The position numbers and the translations under genes are program-made. Below the pieces are notes generated by a model. That model saw only the letters and a list, made by a program, of their open reading frames with translations, ran no database searches and was not told where the DNA came from. Below, piece after piece: positions 27,643 through 37,965 of a DNA stretch of 49,560 bases; the stretch's first letter is position 1; every line of letters begins with the position of its first letter. The stretch comes from Conexivisphaerales archaeon (GTDB lineage Archaea > Thermoproteota > Nitrososphaeria > Conexivisphaerales > DTJL01): NCBI GenBank assembly GCA_049509455.1, contig JBEKZX010000007.1:1-49560 (forward strand). The letters run 5' to 3'.

Positions 27643-29442
27643 TTGGGAGTGACTGAGAAGTTGAAAGAACAGCCCGACCTGACCATCAGGCTGGGCGCCG
27701 CCGCAGGAGACGGTGTTCAGAGCGGCGGCGAAATGATTGCGAGGGTTCTGTCCAGGAGCGGCCTCTACATCTCAACATACAACGGCAACCAGTCGGTTAT
27801 CAGGGGCGGTCTGGTCTGGTTCCACATACACGCTGCTACCTGGCGGGTGTCCTCTCTGGGGTTCGGCGACGACTTCCTCATACCGCTCACCCAGCTCTGC
27901 TACGACGAGCACTATAAGCAGCTCAGGACCGGTGGCGCGGTCATATTTGACCCGCGCACTGTCAAGGCCCACGACCTCCCCTCCTACGTCACGCCTCTGG
28001 AGGTCCCACTGAGCGAGATCGCCCTAAAGTACGACAAGAGGCCCATCATGCGGAACACGGTCGCCACGGGGGCCTTGGCCGCGGCCACGGGGTTGGACTT
28101 CAGAGTCCTAGCCGAGGCGATCGGCGACCAGTTCGGAAAGAAGAACCCAGAAGTAGCCGAAAGCAATGTCTTCGCGGCCAAGGAAGGGTTCGACCTCACG
28201 GCCACGAAGTACGGCATCGTCAAGAAGCTCCAATACGACTATGCGACTCGTAGGCCCTTCATGCACGCCGATTTCACTGTCGCCCTGGGGGCTGCTGCCG
28301 CAGGCTGCAGGTTCTACGCAGCCTATCCCATGTCCCCCGCTAGCTCGATCGTACACTGGATGGCCGCCAACGCCAAGAAGCTGGGCATAACGGTCTTCCT
28401 GGGCGAAGACGAGATCTCCGTCGTGAACTCGACCATAGGAGCTTCGTACGCCGGCGCCAGGGCCATGTGTGCCACCAGCGGCGGCGGCTTCTCTCTTATG
28501 CAGGAGGCCATAGGCGAGGCTGCCATGACCGAGACCCCTCTGGTCGTGGTGGACGTCATGAGGGCGGGCCCCAGCACGGGGCTGCCGACGAAGACCGCCC
28601 AGGGGGATCTCAACATGATGCTCGGCATATCGCATGACGACTTCCCCAGGGTCATCTATTCGCCCAGGACGCCGCAGGAGGCCTTCTACACGGCAGGGAT
28701 AGCGTTCAACGTCGCCGACCGCTTCCAGGTCCCGGCTCTGATACTGCTGGACTTCGCCATCGGCGACGGTGGGTACCAGTCCATCGACCCCCTGGACTTC
28801 AGCCTGCCCATCGACAGGGGCAAGGTGCTCAAGACACCGGACCCGGCCCTCACCAACGGCACTTGGTTCAAGAGGTTCGCACTCACCGCCGACAACGTTT
28901 CACCTCGGGCCTTCCCGGGCACGCCCGGCATGATGTTCGTCACCAAGACCGACGAGCATGACGAGTTCGGCCATGACTTGAGCGACATGCTATCCGGGCT
29001 GGAGGACGCGGTAAAGTTGAGAGAGAGGATGCATGAGAAGAGGATGAAGAAGATGGAGCAGATGGCGAGAGAGATGCTCCTCCCAGAGCTCTTCGGCCCC
29101 GACCATGCGGACCTGACCATCGTCAGCTGGGGGAGCACTGCCAACCCAGTGAGGGAGGCGCTCACTCGCCTCTGGGGAGAGGGGCTCCTGGTGAATTCCC
29201 TCGAATTCAGCCAGCTCTATCCGCTTAACGTTGCCGAAGTCGCAAAGGTGTTGAAGTCCGCCGACGCCCTACTGGACATCGAGGCCAACTATACGGCCCA
29301 GTTCGCTGGCCTTCTGAGGAGGGAGACTGGCGTAGATATTGAGCGTCGCTTCCTGAAGTACAACGGCGAGCCCATATACCCCGCGGAGGTGGTGGGCGCG
29401 GTCCACCAGGCGATTTCAAAGGAGGTGCAGGGCCTTGTTTAA
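27643..29442 (+). CDS. korA: 2-oxoacid:ferredoxin oxidoreductase alpha subunit (gamma-alpha fusion)
   Basis: GAAGDGVQSGG, IRGG, YPMSP, EDEI, TSGGGFSLM, RAGPSTGLPT. Confidence 0.95.
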   Translation: MGVTEKLKEQPDLTIRLGAAAGDGVQSGGEMIARVLSRSGLYISTYNGNQSVIRGGLVWFHIHAATWRVSSLGFGDDFLIPLTQLCYDEHYKQLRTGGAVIFDPRTVKAHDLPSYVTPLEVPLSEIALKYDKRPIMRNTVATGALAAATGLDFRVLAEAIGDQFGKKNPEVAESNVFAAKEGFDLTATKYGIVKKLQYDYATRRPFMHADFTVALGAAAAGCRFYAAYPMSPASSIVHWMAANAKKLGITVFLGEDEISVVNSTIGASYAGARAMCATSGGGFSLMQEAIGEAAMTETPLVVVDVMRAGPSTGLPTKTAQGDLNMMLGISHDDFPRVIYSPRTPQEAFYTAGIAFNVADRFQVPALILLDFAIGDGGYQSIDPLDFSLPIDRGKVLKTPDPALTNGTWFKRFALTADNVSPRAFPGTPGMMFVTKTDEHDEFGHDLSDMLSGLEDAVKLRERMHEKRMKKMEQMAREMLLPELFGPDHADLTIVSWGSTANPVREALTRLWGEGLLVNSLEFSQLYPLNVAEVAKVLKSADALLDIEANYTAQFAGLLRRETGVDIERRFLKYNGEPIYPAEVVGAVHQAISKEVQGLV

Positions 29443-30295
29443 CCCCAAGGCCTTCGAAAGCGACGTCAAGGCCGACTGGTGCCCCGGGTGCGGCGACTTC
29501 GGCGTCCTGGCCGCGCTCAAGGACGCCCTGACCACGCTGAAGCTGGACCCCCACAACGTCGTGATCGTGTCGGGCATAGGCTGCTCTTCCAACCTCCCCG
29601 GCTACATCAGGACCTACGGCTTCCATGGGCTCCATGGCAGGCCTGTCCCCGTAGCCATCGGCATCAAGGACGCCAACCCCAAGCTCACGGTCGTCGCCAC
29701 GGCTGGCGACGGTGATGAATACGGCATCGGCTTCAACCATGTGGTCCACGCCGCGAGGCGCAACGACGACATCAAGCTCATCGTCATGAACAACGAGATA
29801 TATGGCCTCACGACGGGCCAGCTCTCGCCCACTTCGAAACTCGGCCAGAAGACCAAGACCACGCCCGACGGCAGCATAATCTACCCCCTGAGGCCGCTGC
29901 CCACCCTCCTGGGTGCTGGGGCGACCTTCGTAGCCAGAGGGTTCAGCGGGGACCCTAAGCACCTGTCGCGACTCTTCCAGGAGGCCATAGGCCACAGAGG
30001 CTTCGCGCTGGTGGATACCATCAGCCCCTGCGTTACCTGGCACAACATATTCGACGAAGTGAGGAAACGGGTGTACAGGCTGGAGGACAGGGGATACCAG
30101 CCCGACAGCGAGGTCGAAGCCTTGAAAGCCATCAACGACGAAACGGGGATACCCATCGGCATAGTCTACAGGACGGAGGAGAAGGCCACCTTCCAGGAGA
30201 TGATGGCGGAGGTCAACGGCGGGAAGTGGCCGTCGTACGAGGTCAGGGGGCTCACCCCCAAAGAGGCCGAAGAGGTTATGCACCCCTACCTCTGA
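29435..30295 (+). CDS. korB: 2-oxoacid:ferredoxin oxidoreductase beta subunit
   Basis: WCPGCG, SGIGCSS, HGRP, GDGD...NN TPP motif, YGLTTGQLSPT, SPCVTW. Confidence 0.96.
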   Translation: MFNPKAFESDVKADWCPGCGDFGVLAALKDALTTLKLDPHNVVIVSGIGCSSNLPGYIRTYGFHGLHGRPVPVAIGIKDANPKLTVVATAGDGDEYGIGFNHVVHAARRNDDIKLIVMNNEIYGLTTGQLSPTSKLGQKTKTTPDGSIIYPLRPLPTLLGAGATFVARGFSGDPKHLSRLFQEAIGHRGFALVDTISPCVTWHNIFDEVRKRVYRLEDRGYQPDSEVEALKAINDETGIPIGIVYRTEEKATFQEMMAEVNGGKWPSYEVRGLTPKEAEEVMHPYL

Positions 30296-30306
30296 TATGT
30301 AGCCAC

Positions 30307-30594
30307 ATGAGCACCTGTTCCATCGACTACGCCGTCCTCAGGAAGTTCTTAGACGGAAACAAGAACGAATACTCAGTCAAAGAGGACGACAGGGAGATAG
30401 TCATCACCTTCTCTCCGGCCTCCGGCGCAGCGAGGGGGAAGTTGGGCTCCTCGACCTACATTCGCGTCCTAGGTGAGAAGAAGGGATCCTCCGTGGAGAT
30501 AGTCAGGTTGACCGTGATCGAGGATGACGAGGCGAACGACGTTAGCGTGGAATCCCTGGACGGCTGGCTGAACTTCGTGAAAAACGTCTTCTGA
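30307..30594 (+). CDS. Hypothetical protein (95 aa)
   Basis: ATG 11 bp after the korB stop, genome-typical codon usage, fills an otherwise empty gap; no motif recognised. Confidence 0.65.
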   Translation: MSTCSIDYAVLRKFLDGNKNEYSVKEDDREIVITFSPASGAARGKLGSSTYIRVLGEKKGSSVEIVRLTVIEDDEANDVSVESLDGWLNFVKNVF

Positions 30595-30599
30595 ACCGA

Positions 30600-30935
30600 C
30601 TAGGAGGCGGCCCCTTCGAAGTAGGGCTCCCGCCTGTTGCCGTCCTCCATCGACTCCGAAAGGTCCTCGAGGAACTCCTCCGTAAGCTGCATGAGCTCGC
30701 TGACCTTCTTCCCTATGAGCTCCTTCGCTTCGCCTAAGGCGATGGTGTTCGATTCCAGCTTGTTAGTTAGCGCTATCACGCCGTCGCACCTGTAGATGAG
30801 GGTATGGACCCTAGGGGCCATCTCGGGCCTGGCCATGTAAACGTCGCGCAGGATGCCGACCAGCGCATCCCGGTAGCGATGCATATCGGTCCTGACATCC
30901 ATCGCAAACGTCGATTCGTCTTGGTCTTCAGTCAT
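30600..30935 (-). CDS. Hypothetical helical protein (111 aa)
   Basis: Fills the gap convergent to the previous gene; amphipathic acidic helices; no motif recognised. Confidence 0.65.
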   Translation of the reverse strand: MTEDQDESTFAMDVRTDMHRYRDALVGILRDVYMARPEMAPRVHTLIYRCDGVIALTNKLESNTIALGEAKELIGKKVSELMQLTEEFLEDLSESMEDGNRREPYFEGAAS

Positions 30936-31048
30936 CTTAATCTGCTCCGACCGCCCACAGCGGCTGGTTTAGAGAACCCCCTTTTATCATTTAACAACTC
31001 GTCGCACCAAAGTGCTGCATCAAAAGGTCAACATGCGCTACTCTGTCG

Positions 31049-31522
31049 TCAGCCGAACTCCCCGTGCTCCCAGGGGAATACGACCCACTTGTCCGTGATG
31101 TCCACGAAGAAGTCAGGACGGAAGTTGCTCCAGGGCTTGATGAAGAGGGTCGCCGTCATCACCTTGCTGGGGTGGTACTTCTCCAAGAAGGCCAGGATGG
31201 TGCCCATCGTCTCCCCCTGGTCCACAAGGTCGTCCACCACCAGGACGTCCTTCATACTGGCGTCCTCGAACAGGGTCGAGATTATCTTCACCCTCCCGCG
31301 CTGCTGGACCCCCGTGTATGACTTCACGTTGATGAAGTCGATCGGAACGCGGAGCCTGTCGGCCACCACCATGGCAGGCGGGATGCCTCCTCGGGCGATG
31401 CCGACCACGAGGTCCACCTTCTTCCCGCTGCCCGTGATCGAGCCGGCCAGACTCTCGCACAGCCTCCCGAACTCCAGCCATTCTACATGTCTCTTGCTCG
31501 GCATTGGCGACGTGTTGGACAA
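31049..31522 (-). CDS. Type I phosphoribosyltransferase (purine PRT-like)
   Basis: VGIARGG and PRPP-binding VLVVDDLVDQGETM, WVVFPWE. Start may be ATG 31504. Confidence 0.92.
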   Translation of the reverse strand: MSNTSPMPSKRHVEWLEFGRLCESLAGSITGSGKKVDLVVGIARGGIPPAMVVADRLRVPIDFINVKSYTGVQQRGRVKIISTLFEDASMKDVLVVDDLVDQGETMGTILAFLEKYHPSKVMTATLFIKPWSNFRPDFFVDITDKWVVFPWEHGEFG

Positions 31523-31686
31523 CTGGGCGCCCTCGCTCAGATGAGTAGTTGTCTCCCCGTGTACTACTTAATTCTTTGGTGGTCATGAAGAGGCCCCCAG
31601 GACGTCGCCTCGTCCGTTGTTGCCTTCGTCCCGGCCGCCGTGAAATCGCCATACCGTTATATTGATGGAGTCCTTTCCCGCGCCTA

Positions 31687-32313
31687 ATGTCAAAGCCCGC
31701 GGAGGCTTCCTCCTCGACGCCCCCCAACCAGAAGTACATCAAGCAGTTCATCTTCTACGGGGCTTTGGGCGTGCCGGAAGTGGACATCTCTTCGTACAGG
31801 CTAAGGGTTAAAGGCCTCGTCGAGCGTCCCCTGGAGCTCACCTACGACCAGCTCAAGGCTCGCCCGCAGGTGACGGTGGCGAAGCCCTCCCACTGCGTCA
31901 CTGGGTGGTCGGTAGCCGACACCGTCTGGCGGGGGCCCTCCCTACCAGCCCTCCTGAAGGAGGCCGGCATGAAGCCTGAGGCTCATTTCATCATGTTTAG
32001 GTCCCTGGACGGCTACGGCACCCCCATCCCCCTCGAAGACGGGATGGTCGAGGACGCCATCGTGGCCATTATGCTGAATGGCCAACCCATCAGCCTAGAG
32101 ATGGGCTTCCCCGCGCGGCCCTTTATGCCGCACATATACCTGTGGAAGTCGGCGAAGTGGCTCACGGAGATCGAAGCCCTCGCCGAATACGTGGATGGAT
32201 ACTGGGAGACCAGGGGCTACAACGAACGCGGGAACATCTGGGAGGAGGAGCGCTTCAAGTCGTGGGGAAAGCACGAGCGCCACTCCGTCATCCGCCGCGC
32301 CATGGGATTGTAG
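31687..32313 (+). CDS. Sulfite-oxidase-like molybdopterin-binding oxidoreductase (single domain)
   Basis: YRLRVKGLVE, HCVTGWS (Mo-ligating Cys), GFPARP, KSAKWL, GYWE.RGY. Confidence 0.9.
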   Translation: MSKPAEASSSTPPNQKYIKQFIFYGALGVPEVDISSYRLRVKGLVERPLELTYDQLKARPQVTVAKPSHCVTGWSVADTVWRGPSLPALLKEAGMKPEAHFIMFRSLDGYGTPIPLEDGMVEDAIVAIMLNGQPISLEMGFPARPFMPHIYLWKSAKWLTEIEALAEYVDGYWETRGYNERGNIWEEERFKSWGKHERHSVIRRAMGL

Positions 32314-32365
32314 CATTTAATATCCTCCTGGGCGGTATCTTTCGCACACGAGCGAAGATGCTGGG

Positions 32366-33511
32366 GTGTCTAGAAACAGGAACGGGCTATTCTTCTTGGA
32401 CGCTTCCGTGTTCTTTTCCTCCCTAGGCCTGGGCCTCACAGCGTATTTCATCCCCACGTACGTCCAGTCCATCGGAGGCTCCATGTTCGATGTCGGCCTC
32501 GTGGGCTCGGCGAAGTCGGCGCTCTACGCCTTCCTCCCCTTCTTCCTCGGATACCTCTCCGACAGGGGGATTCGGCGCCAGCTCTACATCTTCGGCATCT
32601 TCGTTAACCTGGCCTCGACGGCGTTATTGGTGGCGGCGAAGACCGTTCCATACGTCATCGTCACCCAACTCCTGGCCAGCGTCGGATACTCCCTCCTGTG
32701 GCCCATCACCGAAGCCATGGTGGCCGAGTCCGTTGAGAGCGACCGGCGGGTCGCCGCCATGGGGTGGTACAGCGTCTCCTGGGCCCTGGGCTTCCTGATC
32801 GGCCCGGGGATAGGCGGCCCGCTCGTGGCATGGCGAGGGTACTTGTCGCTTTTCATGATTTCGTCCGCCGTGCTGCTCTTCACCATCGCCTTCACACTTC
32901 TGACGCTCGGCAAGTCCTACCGGCCGAAGGCGATGCCGGCCAAGACGAGTCCCATGCTCCCCAGCAGGGCCTTAGCACCGGCCTATGTGGCGGTGCTGGC
33001 CTATGGCATCATCTTCGGCATCATCGTCTCCCTATTCCCAGGGTACCTTGGGGCTTTCGCCTACGACAAGACTACCATCGGCCTCCTCTTTTCGCTCTTC
33101 GGCCTGGCCAGGATCGTCGCATTCGTCAGCGTCAACAGGCTCAACCGGGCGCTTCCGAGGGCCGCGCTCTACCTCTCCGTCGCCTTCATGTTCGCCGGCT
33201 GCGCGCTCGTGGGGGTGCTCCAATCGACCTCCCTTCCGGTCATGGCGGCCCTGCTTCTCGTATCAGGCTACGGGTTCGGCGTGTTCTACCCCGTGACCTT
33301 GGTCGTCGTGTCCAACAGTACGAAGCAGGAGCGCCTGGGGGCAGCTGTCGGCGCCCTAGAGGCCTTCTACGGCGTAGGCGTCGTGGTCGGGCCCATCATT
33401 GGAGGCTACATCTCCTCCGTCAGCTTGGCGACTCCCTACCTCCTATGCTGCGCCGTTTCCTTGGTGATCCCTCCCCTCATAGCGGCACAGGATAAGATAC
33501 TGCGGAGGTAG
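32366..33511 (+). CDS. MFS transporter
   Basis: About 12 hydrophobic segments; GYLSDRGIRR motif A-like; GPIIGG. Confidence 0.88.
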   Translation: MSRNRNGLFFLDASVFFSSLGLGLTAYFIPTYVQSIGGSMFDVGLVGSAKSALYAFLPFFLGYLSDRGIRRQLYIFGIFVNLASTALLVAAKTVPYVIVTQLLASVGYSLLWPITEAMVAESVESDRRVAAMGWYSVSWALGFLIGPGIGGPLVAWRGYLSLFMISSAVLLFTIAFTLLTLGKSYRPKAMPAKTSPMLPSRALAPAYVAVLAYGIIFGIIVSLFPGYLGAFAYDKTTIGLLFSLFGLARIVAFVSVNRLNRALPRAALYLSVAFMFAGCALVGVLQSTSLPVMAALLLVSGYGFGVFYPVTLVVVSNSTKQERLGAAVGALEAFYGVGVVVGPIIGGYISSVSLATPYLLCCAVSLVIPPLIAAQDKILRR

Positions 33512-33542
33512 GTCCTCCGACGGTCGTCCCGGGTCGGATGAC

Positions 33543-34025
33543 TTACTGGCTCGGGGTGGGCTGTGCGGGGATCTCTATGAGCTGGGCACCTGACTCTCTG
33601 AGCATGTCGGCAGGCTTGATCTTGAGGATGAAGGCCTCGGACCCGCCACCTGCATACACGTGCTCCATGTCGAGGAGCCGCCTGTCCATATAGACCCTGT
33701 CGCGACACAGGTTGGCGATGGGGCTCACCCCTCCGGCGGGGAAACCGGTGAACTTGAGGACTTCGTCGTGGGTCGCCAACCTTAGCTTGGTGGCCCCCAC
33801 CTTCCTCGAGAACTCGTTCTGCCTGACCCTCACCGCTCCTCTGACGATAGCTAGCACGGGGCCCCCGTCCTCGTCCACGAAGACGATGGTCTTGGCCACC
33901 TCCTCGAGCCGGATGTCCAGGGAGTCGGCCGCCTTCCCCGAGGTGTGACCCTCCGCCACGGGGAGGAGCTCGGCCTCGATCTCCCTCTCCCGGATGTAAC
34001 GCCGGAGGTCGTCCGGTCCCAGCAT
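33543..34025 (-). CDS. YbaK/EbsC-family aminoacyl-tRNA deacylase
   Basis: VAKTIVF (conserved Lys), TGFPAGGVSP, YAGGG. Confidence 0.9.
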   Translation of the reverse strand: MLGPDDLRRYIREREIEAELLPVAEGHTSGKAADSLDIRLEEVAKTIVFVDEDGGPVLAIVRGAVRVRQNEFSRKVGATKLRLATHDEVLKFTGFPAGGVSPIANLCRDRVYMDRRLLDMEHVYAGGGSEAFILKIKPADMLRESGAQLIEIPAQPTPSQ

Positions 34026-34035
34026 GTAGCTCTAT

Positions 34036-36624
34036 CTACCTCGAAATCTTGGTGACCGCCGACTCGCCGCCGAGCCTGGATACCTGGTATATGTTATCCA
34101 CGAAACTCTCCAGCTCCTTCTCATGTGACACCATTATGATCTGCTCGCAGCCGGTCTCCTGAAGCACGTCCCTCAGCTTGAGGAGCTGGCCGGAGCTGAA
34201 TCCGTCGGTGGGCTCGTCGAGGATCAGCAGCCCACTCTTCGAGGAGCTCTGCTGCTTCACCATGGTGTTTAGGGCCAGGCGGTACGCGAGGGCCAGCGAC
34301 GTCCTCTCGCCGCCGCTCAAGGACCCCACGTCGATTTCGTAGCCATCTTGTTCGACCACGGGGGAGAAGGACTCGTCAATCCTCACTGAGATGTCTCCTC
34401 CCTCCATGAGGGTCGAAAACCACTGCTGGAAGTGCTCGTCGAACTGCTCGTTTATGGAGGCCAGCACCTCCCTCTCGATGGCCGACACGCAGGGTATGAA
34501 GAGCTCCTTGAGCCATCTCTTGGTCTGCTCTAGCCTCACCATCTCGGCCCTCTTCGTCTCCATTCCACCCACCTCCTCCTCCAGGCTCCGGGCCCTCCCC
34601 CTGACTTCCTCCAGCTTGGAGCGCGTCCCGGCGAGCTCCTCCCTCACGTCGGCGAGCTGGGATTCGGCAGACTTGCGGGAGGCCTCCGCTTCCTCGAGCT
34701 TGGCGAGGAAGGGCTCCTCGACGCTCAGCTGGGCCGACTTCTCCTTCAAGTCCCTTTCTTTGTCGGCGATATGTTTCAGGGCCTCCCCTTCGTCCTCCCG
34801 GAACCTGGCCAGCCGGCCTTCTAGCACCACCCTCTTTGTCGCGACCAGTCTCAGTCGGATGAACTCGGCGGCGACGCGCTTGTCCTCTAGCTCGGCGATC
34901 CTCTTCTTGTATTCGTCGAGCTCCTCCATCAGGGGATGGAGCGTCGCCAGGTGGGCCTCGGCCCTTTTCAGCGCTTCCCTCTCCACTGCAGCATACGCCT
35001 CTTTGGCGAGGAGCTCCCTCTTGGCCGTAAGCTCTGCGGCAGCACCCTCAAGTTTCGCGCGCTCCTCTTTGAGCTCTTCAAGCTTGTTCTCCGCCCTCCC
35101 AATCCTCCCCTCCAGCTCGCGGGCTTCTGACCTCAGTGATAGAAGAGACTCGTGGCACTTCTTCCCGTTGTCCACGGCCGAGGCCGCCATCTCCATCCTT
35201 CTGGCGATCCCCTCCTGAGCCTCTTCCAGCGACTTCAGCCTCAAAGAGTATTCTTCGAGCACGTCCCTGTAGTGCTCTGGCGTTAGCGTCTGCCTGCACA
35301 GGGGGCACGGGCCACCCGCCCCAATGTCCCGCATCTTGGTCCATTCTTCTCCCACCTTACTGAGCTCTCGTTCTCCGGTCGCCCTTTCGGCCTCCAGGCG
35401 GGTCATCTCCTTCTCAGACTCCTTGAGCTCGGCCTCCTCCTTCTCGAGGGCCGTGACCTCCTCCGCCATTTCATCCCTCCTCCCCAAGAGGGCCTTCAGG
35501 TGCACCTCGGCGGTCTCTATGCGCTCCGAGACATCCTTGACCCTCTTAACATCGCCTTCGAGGTCGGCTGCCTCCTTCTCTAGAACCCTCCTCTCGACCT
35601 CGATGCGCCCCTTGGCATCCCTAGCCGCGCCCGTCAGCTCCGAATACTCTTCGCTGGAGGATTCAAGCTCCAGCAGCCTGGCCTTCTTGGCGGCGTATTC
35701 GTCGTAGTTGGGTCGCAGCGCCTCTAGGGCGTCTCCAGCCTCGGAGGCCTCTGTGAGCTCCGCCTCCGTCGCCCTTTGGTCTTCAGCGATCCGGGCAGCG
35801 CGTTGCCGGGACTCCTTAAGGTCCAATTCGATGGCAGGGATCTCGCGCCTGAGTACAGCGACGGCGAGCTTCCTGGGCTCTAGCTCCCTGATCTGCTCCT
35901 GGACGCGACTGTAAAGTGACGAGGCTTCGGCCTCCTCCTTCGTCAGCTTCTCCACGCTACCATGGAGGTCGACGAGGGCCCCTCCTAGCGCTCCCAGCTC
36001 CGCCTTCTTCTTGGGGAGGTCGGCCACTTCCCCCTCCAGCACGTCCAGGCGCCTGTTCAGCCACTCGCGTATGACCGCGTCTTCAGCGTTTGCCACGACC
36101 CAGCTGTAGAGCTCGATTCCGAACGCCCTTCTCAGGGTGTCGAGGCGCTGGGCATCGCCCATGGAGAGCACTTCCTTCATCGACTCCTGCGGCGTGTAGA
36201 TGGCGTACCTGAAGATGCGGGAGGTGGACTTGGTGTCGGGCTTCTCGTTGAACCCCAATATTTCCAGCATCCTGGGCTTGAGCTCGGACGGGGAGTACGA
36301 GGTGACGACTCCGTCGCCCTCGAGCCGGCAGTCCTCCTGCTGTATGCCCCTCCCCGACTTCGCCAGGGTCCTGCTCACCGCGTAATGGCGGCCCCCTGCC
36401 TCGAAGGCGACCTTCACACTGCCCTTCTTGGCGCCGTGCCTCAGGAGGTGCTTGGCCTCAAAGTCGCCTAGGCCGAAGAGCCCGAACTCAACCGCGGCGA
36501 GGATGGTGGACTTCCCGCTGCCGATGTCCCCTTCGAAGAGGGTCAGGCCGGGACGAAGGTCGATGGAGGTCTCCTCATTCCCATAGCTGCGTATGTTCCT
36601 CAGGGAGATCCCGGTGAGCAGCAA
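34036..36624 (-). CDS. rad50: DNA double-strand-break repair ATPase Rad50
   Basis: GDIGSGKS Walker A, YTPQ Q-loop, long coiled coil, CPLC zinc hook, LSGGE, LILDEPT, VSH. Confidence 0.96.
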   Translation of the reverse strand: MLLTGISLRNIRSYGNEETSIDLRPGLTLFEGDIGSGKSTILAAVEFGLFGLGDFEAKHLLRHGAKKGSVKVAFEAGGRHYAVSRTLAKSGRGIQQEDCRLEGDGVVTSYSPSELKPRMLEILGFNEKPDTKSTSRIFRYAIYTPQESMKEVLSMGDAQRLDTLRRAFGIELYSWVVANAEDAVIREWLNRRLDVLEGEVADLPKKKAELGALGGALVDLHGSVEKLTKEEAEASSLYSRVQEQIRELEPRKLAVAVLRREIPAIELDLKESRQRAARIAEDQRATEAELTEASEAGDALEALRPNYDEYAAKKARLLELESSSEEYSELTGAARDAKGRIEVERRVLEKEAADLEGDVKRVKDVSERIETAEVHLKALLGRRDEMAEEVTALEKEEAELKESEKEMTRLEAERATGERELSKVGEEWTKMRDIGAGGPCPLCRQTLTPEHYRDVLEEYSLRLKSLEEAQEGIARRMEMAASAVDNGKKCHESLLSLRSEARELEGRIGRAENKLEELKEERAKLEGAAAELTAKRELLAKEAYAAVEREALKRAEAHLATLHPLMEELDEYKKRIAELEDKRVAAEFIRLRLVATKRVVLEGRLARFREDEGEALKHIADKERDLKEKSAQLSVEEPFLAKLEEAEASRKSAESQLADVREELAGTRSKLEEVRGRARSLEEEVGGMETKRAEMVRLEQTKRWLKELFIPCVSAIEREVLASINEQFDEHFQQWFSTLMEGGDISVRIDESFSPVVEQDGYEIDVGSLSGGERTSLALAYRLALNTMVKQQSSSKSGLLILDEPTDGFSSGQLLKLRDVLQETGCEQIIMVSHEKELESFVDNIYQVSRLGGESAVTKISR

Positions 36625-37932
36625 TCAGGCCCCCTCCATCCCCAGGACCTCCTTCGCCTCCTTGATCATCCGGGTCCGGAACTCCTCCTTCCTTTCGTTC
36701 TCTCGGGCCTCTTGCTCAAGGGAGGTCAGCAACTTCCTCGCTGTGCGAAGGCCGCCCTCGGCAGCGAGCTGCCCTGCGATCTGTTCCCTCAGGCCCGCTT
36801 CGACGGCAGGGTCCACTGAATAGGAGGAGAGCGCCCCCCTCAGCGTCCCCTCCTCGATCTCCTCCTTCGTCTTCCCGCTGAGCCTCGCCGATGACCGCTC
36901 GGCGCTGGTGAGAGACGCCCGGTTGACCCTGACCATGATCGCCCCGCCGTCTTCGAGCCGCTTCCTGATGCGGTCGAAGGGGACCTCCGACGTTCGCCCG
37001 GAGGAGAGCCTCCCGCTCACCTTCACTAGTACGATCGCGTCTCGAGATTCGAGCTCCCCCGCGAGCCTCTCCAGGCTCTCGGTCACCTGCGAAGGCGTCC
37101 TGCCGTCGGCGTCGACGCTTGTATAGACCACCTTGGGGAGCGGGACCTCGACGAACGACACCTTCTCCACCCGCTCCGCGAAGTCCACCAAGAAGAAGCC
37201 CCTCCTGGTGCCTCGGGCGATCTCCTCCAGGTCGCTAAAGCCGTGGCCGAACAAGGGGCCAGGAAAGGCGATGAAGCCGTAGCCCTCCACCTCCTTCAGG
37301 ATGGTCGAATGGACGTGGCCGCCTGCATAGTAGTCGAAACCTTTCGGGAACAGGGAAAGGGGAATGCTCTGGCCGTAAGCGTAGCCGGGGGGCCTGAGCT
37401 CATCGATGGCGCTGTGGAAGACGAAGACCTTGAAGCCCTTCTCTCGCTCGAGGGAGGAGCGGTCCAGCATGGCGTAGTACTCGGACTCCAAACCGTTCTT
37501 GCGTCCGTAGAGCCCGGCGAGCTTGGCGCCGGTGGGGCCGTCTACGACGAAATCCAGCTTGACCGTGTCTCCCTCCGAGGAGGGCTTCAACCGCACGACC
37601 TTGGTGAAGAGGCCTGCGCCGTCCAGGACATCGATGATCGAGGTGGCGCTGACGCTGTAGTCATGAGAGCCGTAGGTGACATAGATCCTCACGCCTAGGT
37701 CCTTCACCTTCCTCATGGCCTCCGCCGCCTCCCTTGCGGCCTGGAGGTCGGGGACGTTGCTGTCGAAGAGGTCTCCCGAGATCACGATAAAGTCGACCCC
37801 CTCCTCTATGCACCGATCCAACATCCATTCGAATGCCTTCATGCTGAGCCCGGCGAGCCTGGCCTCGCGCCACGCTCCAACGTGGACGTCGGACAGATGG
37901 GCGAACCTGTGCCTGGCCCTGAAGGACTGCAT
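36625..37932 (-). CDS. mre11: DNA repair nuclease Mre11
   Basis: HLSDVHVG, GDLFD, GSHD, FHS, GGHVH phosphoesterase motifs; abuts rad50. Confidence 0.95.
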   Translation of the reverse strand: MQSFRARHRFAHLSDVHVGAWREARLAGLSMKAFEWMLDRCIEEGVDFIVISGDLFDSNVPDLQAAREAAEAMRKVKDLGVRIYVTYGSHDYSVSATSIIDVLDGAGLFTKVVRLKPSSEGDTVKLDFVVDGPTGAKLAGLYGRKNGLESEYYAMLDRSSLEREKGFKVFVFHSAIDELRPPGYAYGQSIPLSLFPKGFDYYAGGHVHSTILKEVEGYGFIAFPGPLFGHGFSDLEEIARGTRRGFFLVDFAERVEKVSFVEVPLPKVVYTSVDADGRTPSQVTESLERLAGELESRDAIVLVKVSGRLSSGRTSEVPFDRIRKRLEDGGAIMVRVNRASLTSAERSSARLSGKTKEEIEEGTLRGALSSYSVDPAVEAGLREQIAGQLAAEGGLRTARKLLTSLEQEARENERKEEFRTRMIKEAKEVLGMEGA

Positions 37933-37965
37933 CTTGCATTCCTCCAGCTTCTCCGTTTAAAAAGA

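Noticed and set aside
31518-31572. Overlapping short inverted repeats upstream of the phosphoribosyltransferase (possible purine-sensing switch)
   Set aside because: Only 6-7 bp stems, no purine or PRPP riboswitch consensus, and the predicted leader is very short.
34400-36100. Repetitive E/K/R/L/A-rich periodicity
   Set aside because: Explained by the Rad50 coiled coil; not a DNA repeat array.
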